Notes: generated from the sequence alone by a model not told the origin. 63,526 nucleotides of DNA, filler included, from Dicyema japonicum (GCA_011109175.1; 9 parts of 9 records of this genome joined end to end with filler, not necessarily neighbours in it); one strand, 5' to 3'. Shown: positions 25,421-39,189, counted from the first letter of the whole stretch. Made by a program: numbers and translations.

Positions 25421-27624
25421 CATTAGGTTGCTGATTCCAGGGGTTGTCGACCATCTATGTCTTCGTGATGCCTCATTCGGGGAAACTGTCGGATGACTAT
25501 CAGCCCATCAAAATAAAAGCCTAATTAATTTTGGTTTTTTACAATTTAACCACAAATTTGTTTTTTTCCACAAAGGCCATAGTTGGGGTTTTTTGAGATT
25601 CCACGGTTATACACGTGACAGCTATTTCGGGCGTTTATTATGAGACTGTGGTGGTTATTTCTTTTGAATCGTGGAGTGGTAGAACCTTACCTAAAGACCC
25701 AAACACTTTAATGGTGGACACAGGAGACGTGGCAGGTAAACAAAAGTGATCACAACTTTTAATTTCTAAGGTGGTCTTTGTTAGGAAACTGAGATAATAG
25801 TAACAAATAATTGTAACTGACGAGAGTTGACATTACCACCACGATGGCTACCCAGGGGGTGAAATGTTTGCGGGGTCTCTGATTCCTGTCGCAATCACAT
25901 TTCCAATTTCGAGGGTGACTCTTTTGCCCATTCTTCCAATTCGTTCTTTTCCGTTATTTGAAGGTTACTTTTCCGTTATTTGAAGCGGACAGGCCGAAAG
26001 CAAAAAACTCTACCCCCCGTTCTAAGAGCTGGTTATAACTGACCATTCCTAGACGGTTGGTGGTAACTACATTGCCATAATGTAGGTGAGTCTCTGTAAT
26101 CCACGTGCGTACGGGGCCAGGGTTACTTTTAAAATTATTTAGAGGAATTGATCTCCTTAAATGTCGCTGACCAAAGCTTCCATCAATCTTCGAAAAAAAA
26201 CGAAGATCTTCCGGGAGACTTGACGAGGTCTGGAACCTAAACAGGGGAACTTCTACATGCAAGACCATCATCCAAGTCTGTTTATGCGAACATTATCGGT
26301 AAATGAAGGCCAGGATGAATTTTAGTGAACGACATTGTCAAGAAAACCACTAAAGACTGGTTTCCCAAGACAATTCCAGAAAATGGTGAAAGGACAGACT
26401 TCATAGAATTTAAGTGGAAAAGTGAACGGTACCCAACAGTATGTCTCCCAATTGTTCAGTTTGCCACAAATATTTCAAAATTATAGAATACAATCTCAAT
26501 TTCTAAACTGAACTCCGAGAAAACTAATGTGAATGAAATGAAACCTACTATTAATGGACAAAGTTTAATTTATTTACCCCGGGTCCCTTTGAGTGAAAGG
26601 AACTGGTGACTAACAAACCGTCACGCTCCCAGAGATCCGACAAGTGTATTTGGTTTTGTGGAGAACTCTGATGGGGACCCGTGAAAGATAAGAGGTAGAC
26701 ACGAACTTTCCATGGCAGGGAAGCTTTCCTTCCGTCAATAATTGGTGGAAGACGTCCCAGAAGATTGTTGACACTAAGGTTTGATGACTTTAGTAGATAT
26801 CCACTCGTGGATTGTTTCGTGACTGAGAGGGGTCAGTATATGAGGTGGTTCGTAGAATCCTAATTTTATCACCGAGGGTAGGAATAGTTCTCCTGTGGAG
26901 AACCAACTTATTTCCATTATCAAACAACTACCAAACAGTTTGCTTGGTAGTTGTTACAGGACGAGCGCACGTTCCCAGATTTCTCTAACCAGAGTTCAAT
27001 TCGACGACCATTTAGTGTTTACCACGTGAGTGGACATAACCCTCTATAAATTAAATAATTTTATTATAAAGAAACAAAAATAACTAAAATGTAATCAATG
27101 TCCACTAAATATTAGCCAAGTGACTTACACAATGATGTTATTGATTGGAATATGAATAATCTTGACGAGATACCCGATTATTCCCATTATTGCAAAGCCT
27201 ATTAAGGTGGCGTAGGCTATTTTTCGATATTCTTGGGTTATTACTAAACTATGCCTTTTCCGTCTGGTCTTTCACATTTATTTAGAAAACGACGGGAGTC
27301 CACGTAGAATTTGTTTAGTGGCTTAAAAAGTTCTGAAAGTTGGTCCATAGTAACACACAACAACTAATTTACGTGTTTATATTTAAATTCAAATATTATT
27401 TTTTTTAATAAAAAAATTAAATATATTTTCGGGGTTTTTTGATTTATTTAAAGAATGTAACTTGTGTTGATGATTTCCACTACGGACTCATTCTTTACTG
27501 CCTCTGACTTCACCTAACGAAGGACGATGGATAAATATTCTGCGATCGGGACTGTTACCGCTTCGTCCTGAGACTTCGGGTGTGGCCGGCCTGTTGCCAG
27601 AGGTCTTTTAGAGATTGGAAGCAC

Positions 27625-29340
27625 AATCTGTCCAGCTGGGAGATTGTCGGGATCGACGTTGGTTCCGTAATAAATATAAAAAAATACCATATTAAAAATT
27701 TATAATAAAAAAAACAGATTTTTCTTGCACCCGCTAATTTATATGCGGACTGATCCAAGATAAAGGTGGATTATCTATTGAGTAATACACATTCTCCATT
27801 GACATGTTTTAACCAAATAAATTTCAGAGTTATTTAATCTCATAGTATTTATTTTAATAATATGTTAATGGATAAAAAAACCTAAAAATTTACTAGGCTG
27901 ATTTTTAGAAATAAATAGAAAAAAACGGTTAAAACGTTGTTCTGATATCGATGGGTCATTTAGCCCTTTTTTAATCTCAGTTAGAAAAAATAGCAAAATG
28001 AAGTGATGATTAAAAATCATGGGAGAGAACTGATCCTTGTAGAACTCAGTTAAATTTAATAATATTCTTTTAATATTTTGATAATATAATAATATTTAAA
28101 TAAAAATATAAAGAATTAATTAAAATGATCGACTTAATTTTTGTTGTTTCCACTATATTGTTTAATTCTTGTATTTCATCTAAAATTCATTTCAAATACG
28201 AATCATTCAATCAATCCTTTGATTATTATGAAATCAAATGGAATAATTTTCTGGAAAAATACAGTTGAATTAATTTTTAATTTAGACAAATCGTATTCTG
28301 GTTTAGAATTCCAAGTTAGAAAGGCCATTTTTACTGAAAATTTAAGACATATTGACAACCACAATATACTCGCAAAACAAGGAAATTTTTTGTATGAATT
28401 AGGAATTAATCAGTTTGCTGACATGGTTTTCTCATAAAATAATTTTGTGGACAAGGAGAGAAATATTCAAACCCAGCAAATTCAATTTATATAATAATTA
28501 TAATTCTTATGGTACAGTAGAAAATGAATTACTTGGAGATTTCTCTATCTATGAAAAGAAATATCCACGATCCTTTAATTGGGTAAAAAAAAACTGTGTA
28601 ACTGATATAAAATTCCAAGGATCTATATGTCTCTCATGCTATGCTTTTGAGCAGTTAAAAAATGTTTAATATATTTAGTTGGCTACGTTGGAATCACATT
28701 TTGCAATCAAATACAATAAACTTATATCAATGAGCGAACAAAATGTGGTTGATTGTGTGAATGATCACGGATGCAGCAATGGTGAATCTGCAAGTAAAGT
28801 GTATGAATACATTCGAGAAAACGGAGGAATTAATTCTGAAAAACGGTATCCATATATAGCCAAAGTAATTTCGACGGATAATTATATAGGCTAGAAAATG
28901 CAAATATAGAGGTCAACCAGATATTAAATTTAATTTGACTGGATATAAAGTACTTGAAAGTGGTAATGAAAAAATGCTTTTGCGTACGCTTGTAGATGTT
29001 GGTCCTGTCACTGTTATAATTATTTATTCTACCAGCTTTGAAAGTATTTTTATAGGTAAATATTAATGAAACGTTTTAGGAATATTCCATTACAAAAATT
29101 GTCCAAATGAGCATAATTTACATACACTCTCTGTTGTGGGTTATGGAATTTCAAAAGGAGAAAAGTATTGGCTCTTGAAAAATTCATGGGGTAAACATGG
29201 AAGATTTGGCTATGTGAAATTGGCACGTGGGAAAGATAACTGCCGATTTCCTTACATGGCCATTTACCCTATTATCGAATAATTTTATCGTTTAATTATA
29301 TAACTTTTGGTTTAATGGGAATTAGTTTTAATAATTATTA
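27625..29340 (+). repeat. Segmental duplication unit 1 (upstream region plus cathepsin gene); partner at about 35127-37690 carries an extra ~0.9 kb (about 35355-36230)
   Basis: Colinear similarity runs from tgtccag(c/a)tgggagattgt through the 3' flank; tacacattctccatt and agaactcagttaaatttaataat blocks are shared. Confidence 0.85.
28125..29282 (+). CDS. Cathepsin L-like papain-family (C1A) cysteine protease, copy 1; two apparent lesions (pseudogene or assembly error)
   Basis: Signal peptide MIDLIFVVSTILFNSCIS; I29 propeptide (ERFNIN-like E..RKAIF.EN...I..HN, GINQFADM); catalytic Q...CLSCYAF, H in NLHTLSVVGYG, N in YWLLKNSWG; five introns of 22-25 nt. Lesions: intron-2 acceptor is GG (28449-50) and a -1 frameshift near 28649. 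Confidence 0.9.
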
Positions 29341-29794
29341 AGTTATTTCTTTGGAAATTATAATTTGTATTTGAGGAGACTACGATCCCCCTATTTATGT
29401 GTGAGAAAATCTATGGAGGCTTATTCTTGATTTAAAGAACAGAAGTGTGGCATGTGGCAAGAGTGTCGGAATCCTTTGGCTGAAATTTCACAGACAATTC
29501 ATTTGGCTACAATTGAAAAATATTTTGTCACGTCTCATGCTGGTTAAATGTAACATGTCGATCGCTGTTAGATGTCATGCTCAATGTGGCTTTTATCTAT
29601 TTTATCCCAATAAAGTAAATGGCTCCCTTATGCCTTAAGGTATTAGGATGCAATGGGAGTTACCCCTCATGATCGTGAACTTAATGATCCAAAAGAGTCA
29701 TCATGTCATTCAATCATTCAAGACTCTCCTTTCTGCATTTTCAAGTCATCTTGTTTCTTTGTCAAATAATACTATTTCAAGGCCAATCACCAAC

Positions 29795-30480
29795 TTTCGG
29801 AAATTATGAAATGCAGTTACTAATTCGGATAAATAATTCTAATGGTTTTGCCATTCACATTGATGAGTCTACTGATGTTGAAGGTTTGGCAGTTTTATTG
29901 GTTTTTGTTCGATACCCATTTGAGGATATTATTGAAGAAGACATGTTAATGTGCGAATCGTTGGAGAGAAATTGTAGTGATGGAGCTAAATGTATGATCG
30001 GAAATATTTATGGAGTTGTACAAATAATAAAACAAATGGCTGCTAATTGTACTTGTAGTCATTGCATTCTTCACCATCTTGCTCTGGTGTCTAAGAATAT
30101 TTCCTTTTCCTTGAGTGAAGTTTTGGAAGATGCTATCAAAATTATTAATAAGGTTAAAAAAGACTTCCCCAATCTCGTATATTTAAAATATTGTGCAATG
30201 AAATGGGATCCAATAATACATGATTACTTTTCCATACAGAAGTAAGATGTTTGTCACGTGGAATGGTACTGCAACATTTGTTTGAGTACGAAACGAACTT
30301 GATGTGTTTCTCACGAAACGAAATTCCCGTTTGCAAGAGTATCTTGATGAATCAAAATGCGAATTGGACATACAATTCTTCAGGATATCGAAGATCATTT
30401 GCTAATTTTGGATGATAAGATTGAGAAATATTTTCCGGATAAAATAGATGACGATTGGGTTTAAAATCCATTCAAAGTAA
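29795..30480 (+). mobile_element. hAT (Buster/ZBED5-like) transposase fragment, internally deleted
   Basis: FAIHIDESTDV...LLVFVRY, SDGA..MIG, HCILHHLAL, VLEDAIKIIN and EVRCLSRG. Confidence 0.88.
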
Positions 30481-30889
30481 AAGTGATATGTCGCGTCCCG
30501 CCCGGGATACATCCAATGCTGGTTACATGTCACGTGTCATTCAATCAACATTAATTGGTTTCTAATCAAAGAATATATTTTTTTAAAAGTCTATATTTTC
30601 TTGACTCGACATTTGTTGACTACTTTTAATTCTCCTGATCCTGCCTTAATCTGTGATAAAAAATTAAATAAACCTCTATTCGGTTGTTTCACAAAATTTG
30701 ACTAATTTTACTTAGCTCTTCAATATCTATATCTCTTAACGTTACACAACTATGCTATAATAAAAAATTGCAACAATGTTGACATTAAAATTGTTTTTGG
30801 TTACTACGATTATGTTTTAAAATAAATTGTAATAATTGAATTTTAAAAGTTCAGAAAAAAAGTTAGTCCAAAAACGTTCCGCGAGCACA

Positions 30890-31370
30890 TTAAGGATGGG
30901 AACCACTGCCATAGAGCCAACTCTGACGAGTAGTTCAGTTTCAGATAATAGCATATGTATCATGCACAGACTGTCTTCATCGATGATGTCCTTCATCACG
31001 GAAAGTAGTATACTCCAGTATGTGATGTCAAAAGCCGTGCTAATATCGATTCCCAGGATATGAAATGATCGTTTGTACTACTGACATATTGCAGTGAACC
31101 AGCTATGGCTCCAGACAACAAGGCTTGAAACTACTCTTCGCATGAACGATATCGATCGACCGACATTGATATACGGCCTCGAACAATATTCGACAGAGTT
31201 TTTCTTAGTGGTGGCAATCACAATAGGTCTCAAGCTTTCTAAGGGTCTCATTCTATGCTCGATTTATGAACGGGTAGTTATATTCTGGACTTGATTGAAA
31301 GCGAGCAGTGTAATGCAAAAGTATTGTTCAGTATTTGTGCGAAGAACCTCGCGTATTCGATACGCCAGTG
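30890..31370 (-). mobile_element. RTE RT fragment
   Basis: HILGIDISTAFD and LCMIHMLLSETELLVRVG, paralogous to 23005-23526. Confidence 0.65.
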
Positions 31371-31499
31371 ATTGGTAACTGTTAATTTTTGTAATTTATT
31401 GGCTTAAATTAAAAAAAAGAAAGAAAAGTCAGAAACCGTGATGGCACGTGAAATTTAATCAGGATAAAACTTATTTATTTATTTTATTTATTTAACCCC

Positions 31500-33600
31500 A
31501 AGACCACCAGGAAAGATAGGTCAAAACTAACTAGTTAGGTGATCCCAGCTTCCAACAACATCCGAACTCTCTTCAATTAGTCTTCTGATGATCCAACCGC
31601 ACTCCGGAAGCGTCTTCTCTTGCTTCTGCAAAGGAATTCAATCGGCGTGCACTTTTTTATTACCGACCGAATTTCCTCAGCATGGGCCACTTTTTCCTTG
31701 AATAGGTTTCCCAGTTCCTTGCAGAAACGTAGGAAAACCCGGCCATTTTTCAAAGTTGCCTCATCAGAAACGAAGTCGCCAATGAGGATGTTCGTGTGGT
31801 GCATAATTCTCCGCCTGAGCGAGTTCAATCGGTCCACTCTCAAAAGGGAAAACGCAAACCTCCAGGAGGAGCAGGTATATTCAATGGTCGGTATGATTAC
31901 TTGTTGATAGACCTTGCTGATGCAATGAAAAGGCTCTTCTTTATCATCGCATTCAGAATGTTCCATTTCCGAAGACCCTTGGCGAGCACCACCTCCACGT
32001 GACTCGAGAACGTCAACAGAGAATCGAAAACTACACCAAGGATCTTCTGAGTCCGCGTAGAAGGGATGGGAGTGTTTCTGATTAATATCTCAAGCCCACC
32101 TTTAAACTTTGTCCGTAGTGAATAATGTGAACTGAGACTTGGATGCTGATACACATAACATATTTGCAGATAGCCAGTCACAAATTCAGTTTAGGTGTGT
32201 TGAGCAGTTGCTACAGCCATGGAAGGAGATTTATTTCTTGCAGCGATAATTAGGTCGTCCGCATAGGATAAAAATAGTTTCCTGGTCAGTGGTAGTAGGT
32301 AGATGTAGAAATAGTTAAAAGGAGGAGATAAAGGGGAGCCTTGCGGGACTCCATTGGAGTAGTTTGATTTTGAAGTGGTTTTGTCAATACGGACCCTTCA
32401 GCGTCGTCCAGTTAAGAGTTTTCCAGCCATAGCTTGATGTTTGGGTGTAAGTTCAAGTTAAAAATCTTTTGCGTTAGGAGTTTCTCTGGAACAGAGTCAA
32501 AGGCCTTCTGTATGTCGATGGATAGTAAGGCCGTCCGTATGTTGTTCTCATGATAAAGCCGTCAGTAATAAACTGGGAGATAGAACCCAAATGAGTCGTT
32601 GTAGAACGGTCTGCCCTGAAACCATGTTGAAACTCTGGTAGATGTAGAACAGGAGAGATGCGCATTAACACAAGCTTTTCAGTACTTTTGATAAAACACA
32701 AGTATTGAGATAGGGCGGTAAGAAAGGAACGTTTTTTGGTGTTCTGGGCTTTAGGATTAACGTAATCAGGGAGTTTTTCCATATATTAGGTAGCGTATGG
32801 CAGTTGATAGAGTCGTTGTACAGTCTTGATAGTATGTCCCGTGCCTGAGGTCCAAGATGTTTTAAATGAATAGTGCAAATACTGTCGGGACAACAAGCAC
32901 GAGTAGAACGAGCAATTTAATAGCCTTTTCAACATCATCGGGGGTGAAGAAGGTGGAACATGGTTCTTGTGGCCGTGCTGTTCAACGAGTGTAGAACGAG
33001 AAAAATTTTTATGGCTGATCGATACGTAGTACTTCATAATCTTGTTTGCGAGTTTGCTTGAGGGTTCCGAAGCGTTGCGGGTAACGCCATCAGTTCCGCG
33101 GTTCTCCTCATTGATGAGGCTATTGATTTTTCTAAGCGTTTTCCAAAATGTTGCAGAAAAGTTTTTGTGACATAGTCGTCCAACTAGGCGGCTCCATTTA
33201 GTCTGTTGTTAGTTAGGATAAGCTCAGTTAATTTGGTATTCAGTGAACGTATGGAGTAGAAGGAGTTATTGGTCTGTGTTCTTATCCTCTTCAGCGTATC
33301 TCGTTTCTTGATGAGTGACACAATTTGTGATGATAATCTTGGATTGAACTTCTTGTAAGAGGCAACAGGTATAAATAGTTTATCAACTTTCAGAATAATC
33401 GCAGACAGAATCTTGACCGTCTTCTACTGTGCAATTAACCATAGTAAGGTCAAGGAGACTGTTTTCCACATACGTCCTGAAACCTTGCAGTCGGCTTTCA
33501 ATTAATTTTTGAACTTGTAGAACAAAACGGTGAACAAATTAGGCCTTCTAATTCTCAACACAATTGGGTTATGGTCGCTTGAAACATACAAAATGGCTGA
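31500..33600 (-). mobile_element. Jockey/I-like LINE ORF2 (end of APE plus RT), heavily frameshifted
   Basis: SDHNPI, QHGFRADRSTTTHL, SIDIQKAFDSV, GVPQGSPLSP, SYADD, KILGVVFDSLLTF and YQQVIIPTIEY. Confidence 0.88.
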
Positions 33601-36473
33601 CTGAATTTTCAGGGCCACATTCCCGTGATCTAGTCTCATAAGAGCCTCCAGATGCGTTCCATGACTTTCACAAATCCAACGTTACTATGTAAGCCCTCAT
33701 TCGAATTTTCTCAATTTTCCACATATTTGTCCAAGATATTGACGGTCCCCACGAGGCGCATACATTTTAGAAACATGGCTCGATGTATTGTCTGTCTATA
33801 CACGTTATCATGATTTTGTATTACCACTCTTCCGTACTCCATACAAACTTTTCAATACGTTCAGTTTCTTCTTCCATTTTAAAATAATGTTTTTTACTTG
33901 TGGTGTCAGACAGAGATGCTCATCAAGTGTCATACCAAGTTTTTTGACATCTGTTGAAAGAGATGACGACCTTTATAACTTCAAAGTGATTGTCTTCCTT
34001 TCCAATTTTTTTAGAAGTAAAAAGTGACTTAGACGATTCCTCTGAATTCAGCATGAGTCGGTTTTCTATTATCCAACATTAACCGGTTCAGGTTAATTTG
34101 TATTCTGTAGTCTTCTAGATGTCCTGATCTCGATTTTTTGTAAAAATGAGTTAGATCTGAGACTGAAGCGCATTAAGGTTAAGAAAGAATAGTTTTAGGC
34201 CGAACATAATCATTTTGGGAGAGCTAGGTTATTCTCGAACTCAGGACAATATTGCTCGCTCGCCAATTTGAGAGGGAATAGCCACGCAGCCAGAGAGACC
34301 GCTATATTATCATTTGCTTGCTTTTTTCCTTAATAAACTCAAATACTATAAAAAAGAAATTCTGAAAAAGTCAGAATTAAAGAAAGAGGAACTTCAATAA
34401 TTTTAGAGACCATATGAACGATTATACCAAAAAGGCGTAATTTACATTCTCACTACAGGACAAAATAGAAGAGCAACGAACACTGAATCATATTTCTAAT
34501 TACGTACTATTTTAAGTCAATAAAAATTGTGTTAAATGAATGGACTATTTTATGTGATACAAAAAAGTAAGAACTTCAGGGTTTTTTGGGCTTAGGATTA
34601 TATCGATCTTGAAAACCATAAATTGTTTATTCATTTAAGGAGACATTCAACCGAGAGTCATGCATCAGCCTCACTGATTGTCTAAATTTTAAAGAATCAA
34701 TATCCAAAATTGTTTCAGAAGGTCTCGGTGGACAGTTCACCTTAACCTGTCACCGTTAAACAGCATGAGGTGTTGAAAAACTCAAACCAACATCACTGAC
34801 TTGTTTTCGTTCTTCATGCATGGAGAATACTAATCGTTGGCCCTCTGTCTATCCAATTTCTTCTAGTCGGGACGTTGTTTAACTGTTGTCGAATTGGTAT
34901 TTCATATCTCATGGTTTTGATTTTTATGAGGCTCACCGATGCCGATGTTTGTATGAGAATTGATCTGTAAAAAATCCACCCCTCTCTTGCAAGAAAAGCC
35001 CTCAAAGATTCAACAGGGACTGACCCAAAGTGATATTATTAAACGTGGTCTAATCTGCTGGTTTCACTTCCATTATCGAACCTAAGACGATATTCCCATT
35101 GACAAAAACCACTCTCATGTGTAGGATGTCCAGATGGGAGATTGTTGGAAGCGACGTTGGTTTCCATGAACAATAATAAATAAACTATATTAAAAAACAG
35201 ATTTTTATTGGATTACTATATACTGGTAATATATATGGGGGATGATTTTAGATATACGTGGATTATCGATTTGCGTAATACACATTCTCCATTTACATGA
35301 TTCAACCAAATAAATTTGAAGGTTATTTAATCTAGTGCCCTTTATTTCAATAAATTACAAAACAGACCCTAGTGGCATTTACTTCTAAATATAAATTCAT
35401 GATTACCCAAAGATGTGTGACGTAGAAACCTGATGACCCCTAGTCATAAATGGATATCTCACTACTGAATACACCCAACATAAAGAAAAAAAGTAAGAGC
35501 ATTCTTTGGTTCTTCCTCTATGATTGGTTAATATAAATTTTCTTAATTGAATAAAGTATGATTCCTGCCTGAGCCGAGCTATATCTAATATGGCTTTCGT
35601 AAAAAGTTCAACGATTTGATTAATATTGTTAACTATACCATTTCCCTTTAATATGAGAAAAGTGTCAATCAAAATACCATTTCCCTTTAATATGAGAAAA
35701 GTGTCAATCAAAATACCATTTCCAATAATAGAACACTGTTTCACTTTGAATGACGTAATTCTCATTTGAATGACACTGTTCAATTTAGAATAATACTATT
35801 CTCATATTGAGTGAGAAATGGTATATAATGTTCAAATTGAAGACATTGTAAAACCCAAATTTGATTCCCTTGATAATCTTTAACTCGTGAAGACCGGACT
35901 GATATCTTGGTGATTGGAAAGAAGATCAACTGAAATATCAAAAGATGAAATTATAAAAAAATATGGAGTACAAAGAGTTGAAAGCTATCTAAAAAAACTA
36001 TCAAGAGTAACTACTTTTCACATGTATCTTCTTAAGTCTCTACAGAAGGTTTTATCCAACTCTACTATTATCCTCTAACAAAATAGGTTCCACAAGAGGA
36101 GTTGTGCGATGTGTATCGAGGCACACACTCTCCAGAATTCTCTTGAGAGCAGTTGTTTGAAATTTGGGTATTTCTATTCACTTGCAACTGCCTAAAGTAC
36201 CACCATTGGAATTTATTGACTATACAAATACTTTGTTAATAGATAGAAACCTAAAAATTTACTTTAAGAATAAATAGAAAGGCGTTAAAATGTTGTTCTG
36301 ATATTGATGGCTCATTTATCTCTTTTTGAATCTTGAAAAAAAACAAAATGAAGTGATGAGTAAAAAATCATGGAGAGAACTGATCTTTGAAGAACTCAGT
36401 TAAATTTAATAATTTTTTAAAATATTTTTATAATATAATAATATTTAAATGAAAATATACAGAATTAATTAAA

Positions 36474-37623
36474 ATGATCAACTTCAAATTCTTATTTCCA
36501 CTATATTGTTTCATTATTTTATTTCATCTAAAATTCATTTCAAATACGAATCAATCAATCAATCCTTTGATTATTATGAAATCAAATGGAATAATTTTCT
36601 AGAAAAATACAGTTAAATTAATTTCAATTTAGACAAATCGTATTCTGGTTTAGAATTTCAGGTTAGAAAGGCTATTTTTAATGAAAATTTAAAACAAATT
36701 GACAACCACAATTTACTCGCAAAACAAGGAAATTTTATGTATGAATTAGGAATTAATCAGTTTGCTGACATGGTTATCTCATAAAATAATTTTGTAGACA
36801 AGGAGAGAAATATGCAAACCCAGCAAATTCAATTTATATGATAATTATAATTTCTATGGTACAGTAGAAAATGAATTACTTGGTGATTACACTATCATGG
36901 AAAGAAATATCCTCGATCCTTTAATTGGGTAAAAAAAACTGTGTAACTGATATAAAATCTCAAGGAACTAAATGTGGGTCATGCTATGCATTTAGTGCAG
37001 TTAACGACTGTTTGATATATTTAGTGGCTACGTTGGAGTCACATTTTGCAATCAGACACAATAATCTTATATCAATGAGCGAACAAAATATGATTGATTG
37101 TGTGAGTGATCATGGATGCCATGGAAATCAATATATTGTGTATAATTACATTCGAAAAAACGGAGGAATTAATTCTGAAAAACGGTATCCTTATATTGCC
37201 AAAGTAATTTCGACGGATAATTATATAGGTTAGAAAATGCAAATATGGCGGTCAACCAGATATTAAATTTAATTTGAGTGGATATAAGGTACTTGAAAAT
37301 GGTGATGAACAAATGCTTTTGCGTATTCTTGTAGATGTTGGTCCTGTTACTGTTGTTATGTATGGTTCTTTCAGCTTTCGGAATTATTTTATAGGTAAAT
37401 TTTAATTAACGTTTTAGGAATACTTCATTACAAAAATTGTTTAAATATGAATTATGATCATTCAATTTCTGTTGTGGGTTATGGAATTTCAAAGGGAGAA
37501 AAGTATTAACTCTTAAAAAATTCATGGGGAAAACTATGGGGAATCCATGGCTATTTGAAATTGGCCCGAGGAAAGGATAACTGCGGATTTCCTTACTCTC
37601 CCATGTACCCTATAGTCGAATAA
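36474..37623 (+). pseudogene. Cathepsin L-like protease copy 2; catalytic residues intact but four -1 indels and a TAA at a conserved Trp
   Basis: Same six-exon structure as copy 1; QGTKCGSCYAFSA, DHSISVVGYG, KNSWGKLWG. -1 indels near 36490, 36896, 36931-38 (A8 vs A9) and 37025; TAA at 37507-09 where copy 1 has TGG. Confidence 0.85.
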
Positions 37624-38199
37624 TTTTCTCGTTTAATTTGATTACTTTTGGTTTTGTGGGAATTAATTTAATTTAATGGGAATTAGTTTGTTTAATTTCA
37701 TTTGTAATAGTTTTTTTTTNNNNNNNNNNNNNNNNNNNNNNNNNNNNNNNNNNNNNNNNNNNNTTAATTAATTAANNNNNNNNNNNNNNNNNNNNNNNNN
37801 NNNNNNNNNNNNNNNNNNNGGAATATTCTGCCTAATTGGACCACCAGCTTTTTACACTGAGAAAATGAAAAAGAATTCCGAAATTCTACACTTGAAATAG
37901 TTTACAAAGAATTTGGTATGAAACTAGTTTTTTGATCTCCAAGAGATGCTTGGAAACTAGGGCATGTAGACAGATTATATATCTTAGTTTTACCAATCAA
38001 TATAGAGATGGATATCAGATACTAGCAATTCAAACGGAAAATTCGAAAATTTATTCATATAGTAAAAGAAAATATTATACTATTATAATAATTTATTGAT
38101 AGAAAATATTACAACCTTACATATGCCATTTAATGTGTTCATGTGGATCAATTCATAGAAATGCTTAAATTTATTTATCGGTAATATAAACTACCTAAG

Positions 38200-38750
38200 A
38201 TTCAACTCCAACGCTCAATTCCAACTTTTCCTGGATATTACGTGCTCCGAAAAGATCGAAAATTTGGAAAAGGTGGAGGCTTACTAACCATTGTCTATAA
38301 TCAGATTAATGTTGTGGACTTTTCAAATTACATATCAAGCTTTATGGACACTGAAGATCCATTAGAACAATTCACAGTGAAAATAAAGTTACACTCACTC
38401 CGAATGACTATAGCAAATGTGTATATCCCTCCAATTTCTTCATGCTATAATGGCTATTGTCCTAATCTTGACAGTTCAGAAGATTGGAAAAATTTATAAT
38501 TTGAGGAGATATGAACGCGAAGAGCCTTTGGTACACAAATCAACTATTGGACCAAAAAGAATATACTATGTTAGACATCATTGACGACTTGGTAATCCTT
38601 AACAACAGGAATAAACACACAAGAACTCCTTCAAGAAATGGTAACTATCCAACCTCACCAGATCTGACTTTTGCCGCCCCAATTGCATCGACTATACATG
38701 GGAGGTTATCTACGATTTGCCCACAGATCATAATCCAATATTATTGAAAA
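38200..38750 (+). mobile_element. LINE APE endonuclease fragment
   Basis: GYYVLRKDR..KGGGLL, IANVYIPP, GDMNA and TSPDLTF. Confidence 0.8.
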
Positions 38751-39189
38751 TCTGTACAGGATCACCATTTACAGTGCTCTCCATGGATTGAAATTCCATA
38801 ATATTTTTGAAAAAGTTTATTATTATCAAATAAAGAAATAAACATTTATAGAGCACATGTTGAATAATAATAAATAACGGCAAAAGATATTTGTATGCGA
38901 ATGGATGTTATTCTTTGACGAATGGTCTTTACAGGTCAAATTAATTGAATAATTTTTAAGATATCATTTTAATTTAGTTTTCAAATTAACAAATAAAAAT
39001 TAAATTAACTGTTCATTTTGGGTAACTTTTAGGTCAACAATTTAATTTTTAGAGCGATTTAATTCACTTTTAAGGTCATTTTTTGATTCTAAGGGTAACT
39101 ATGAGAATGCCAAGATCTAACGTCATTTTCTGTTTGATACTTGAAAAATCCGTTGATCGGTCATTCCCACCCCAAATTAAGTCGGGAAC

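Noticed and set aside
28654-28678. Non-canonical 24-nt TT-AG intron restoring the frame in both cathepsin copies
   Set aside because: It is formally in frame in both, but independent -1 indels flanking a canonical 25-nt GT-AG intron explain the alignment more simply; only cDNA could revive the idea.
17597-37509. Genome-wide TAA reassignment (ciliate-like code)
   Set aside because: NDUFAB1 and the cathepsins terminate at TAA, the traced STK36 exons contain no in-frame TAA/TAG, and the two internal TAAs align to different residues (Tyr and Trp).
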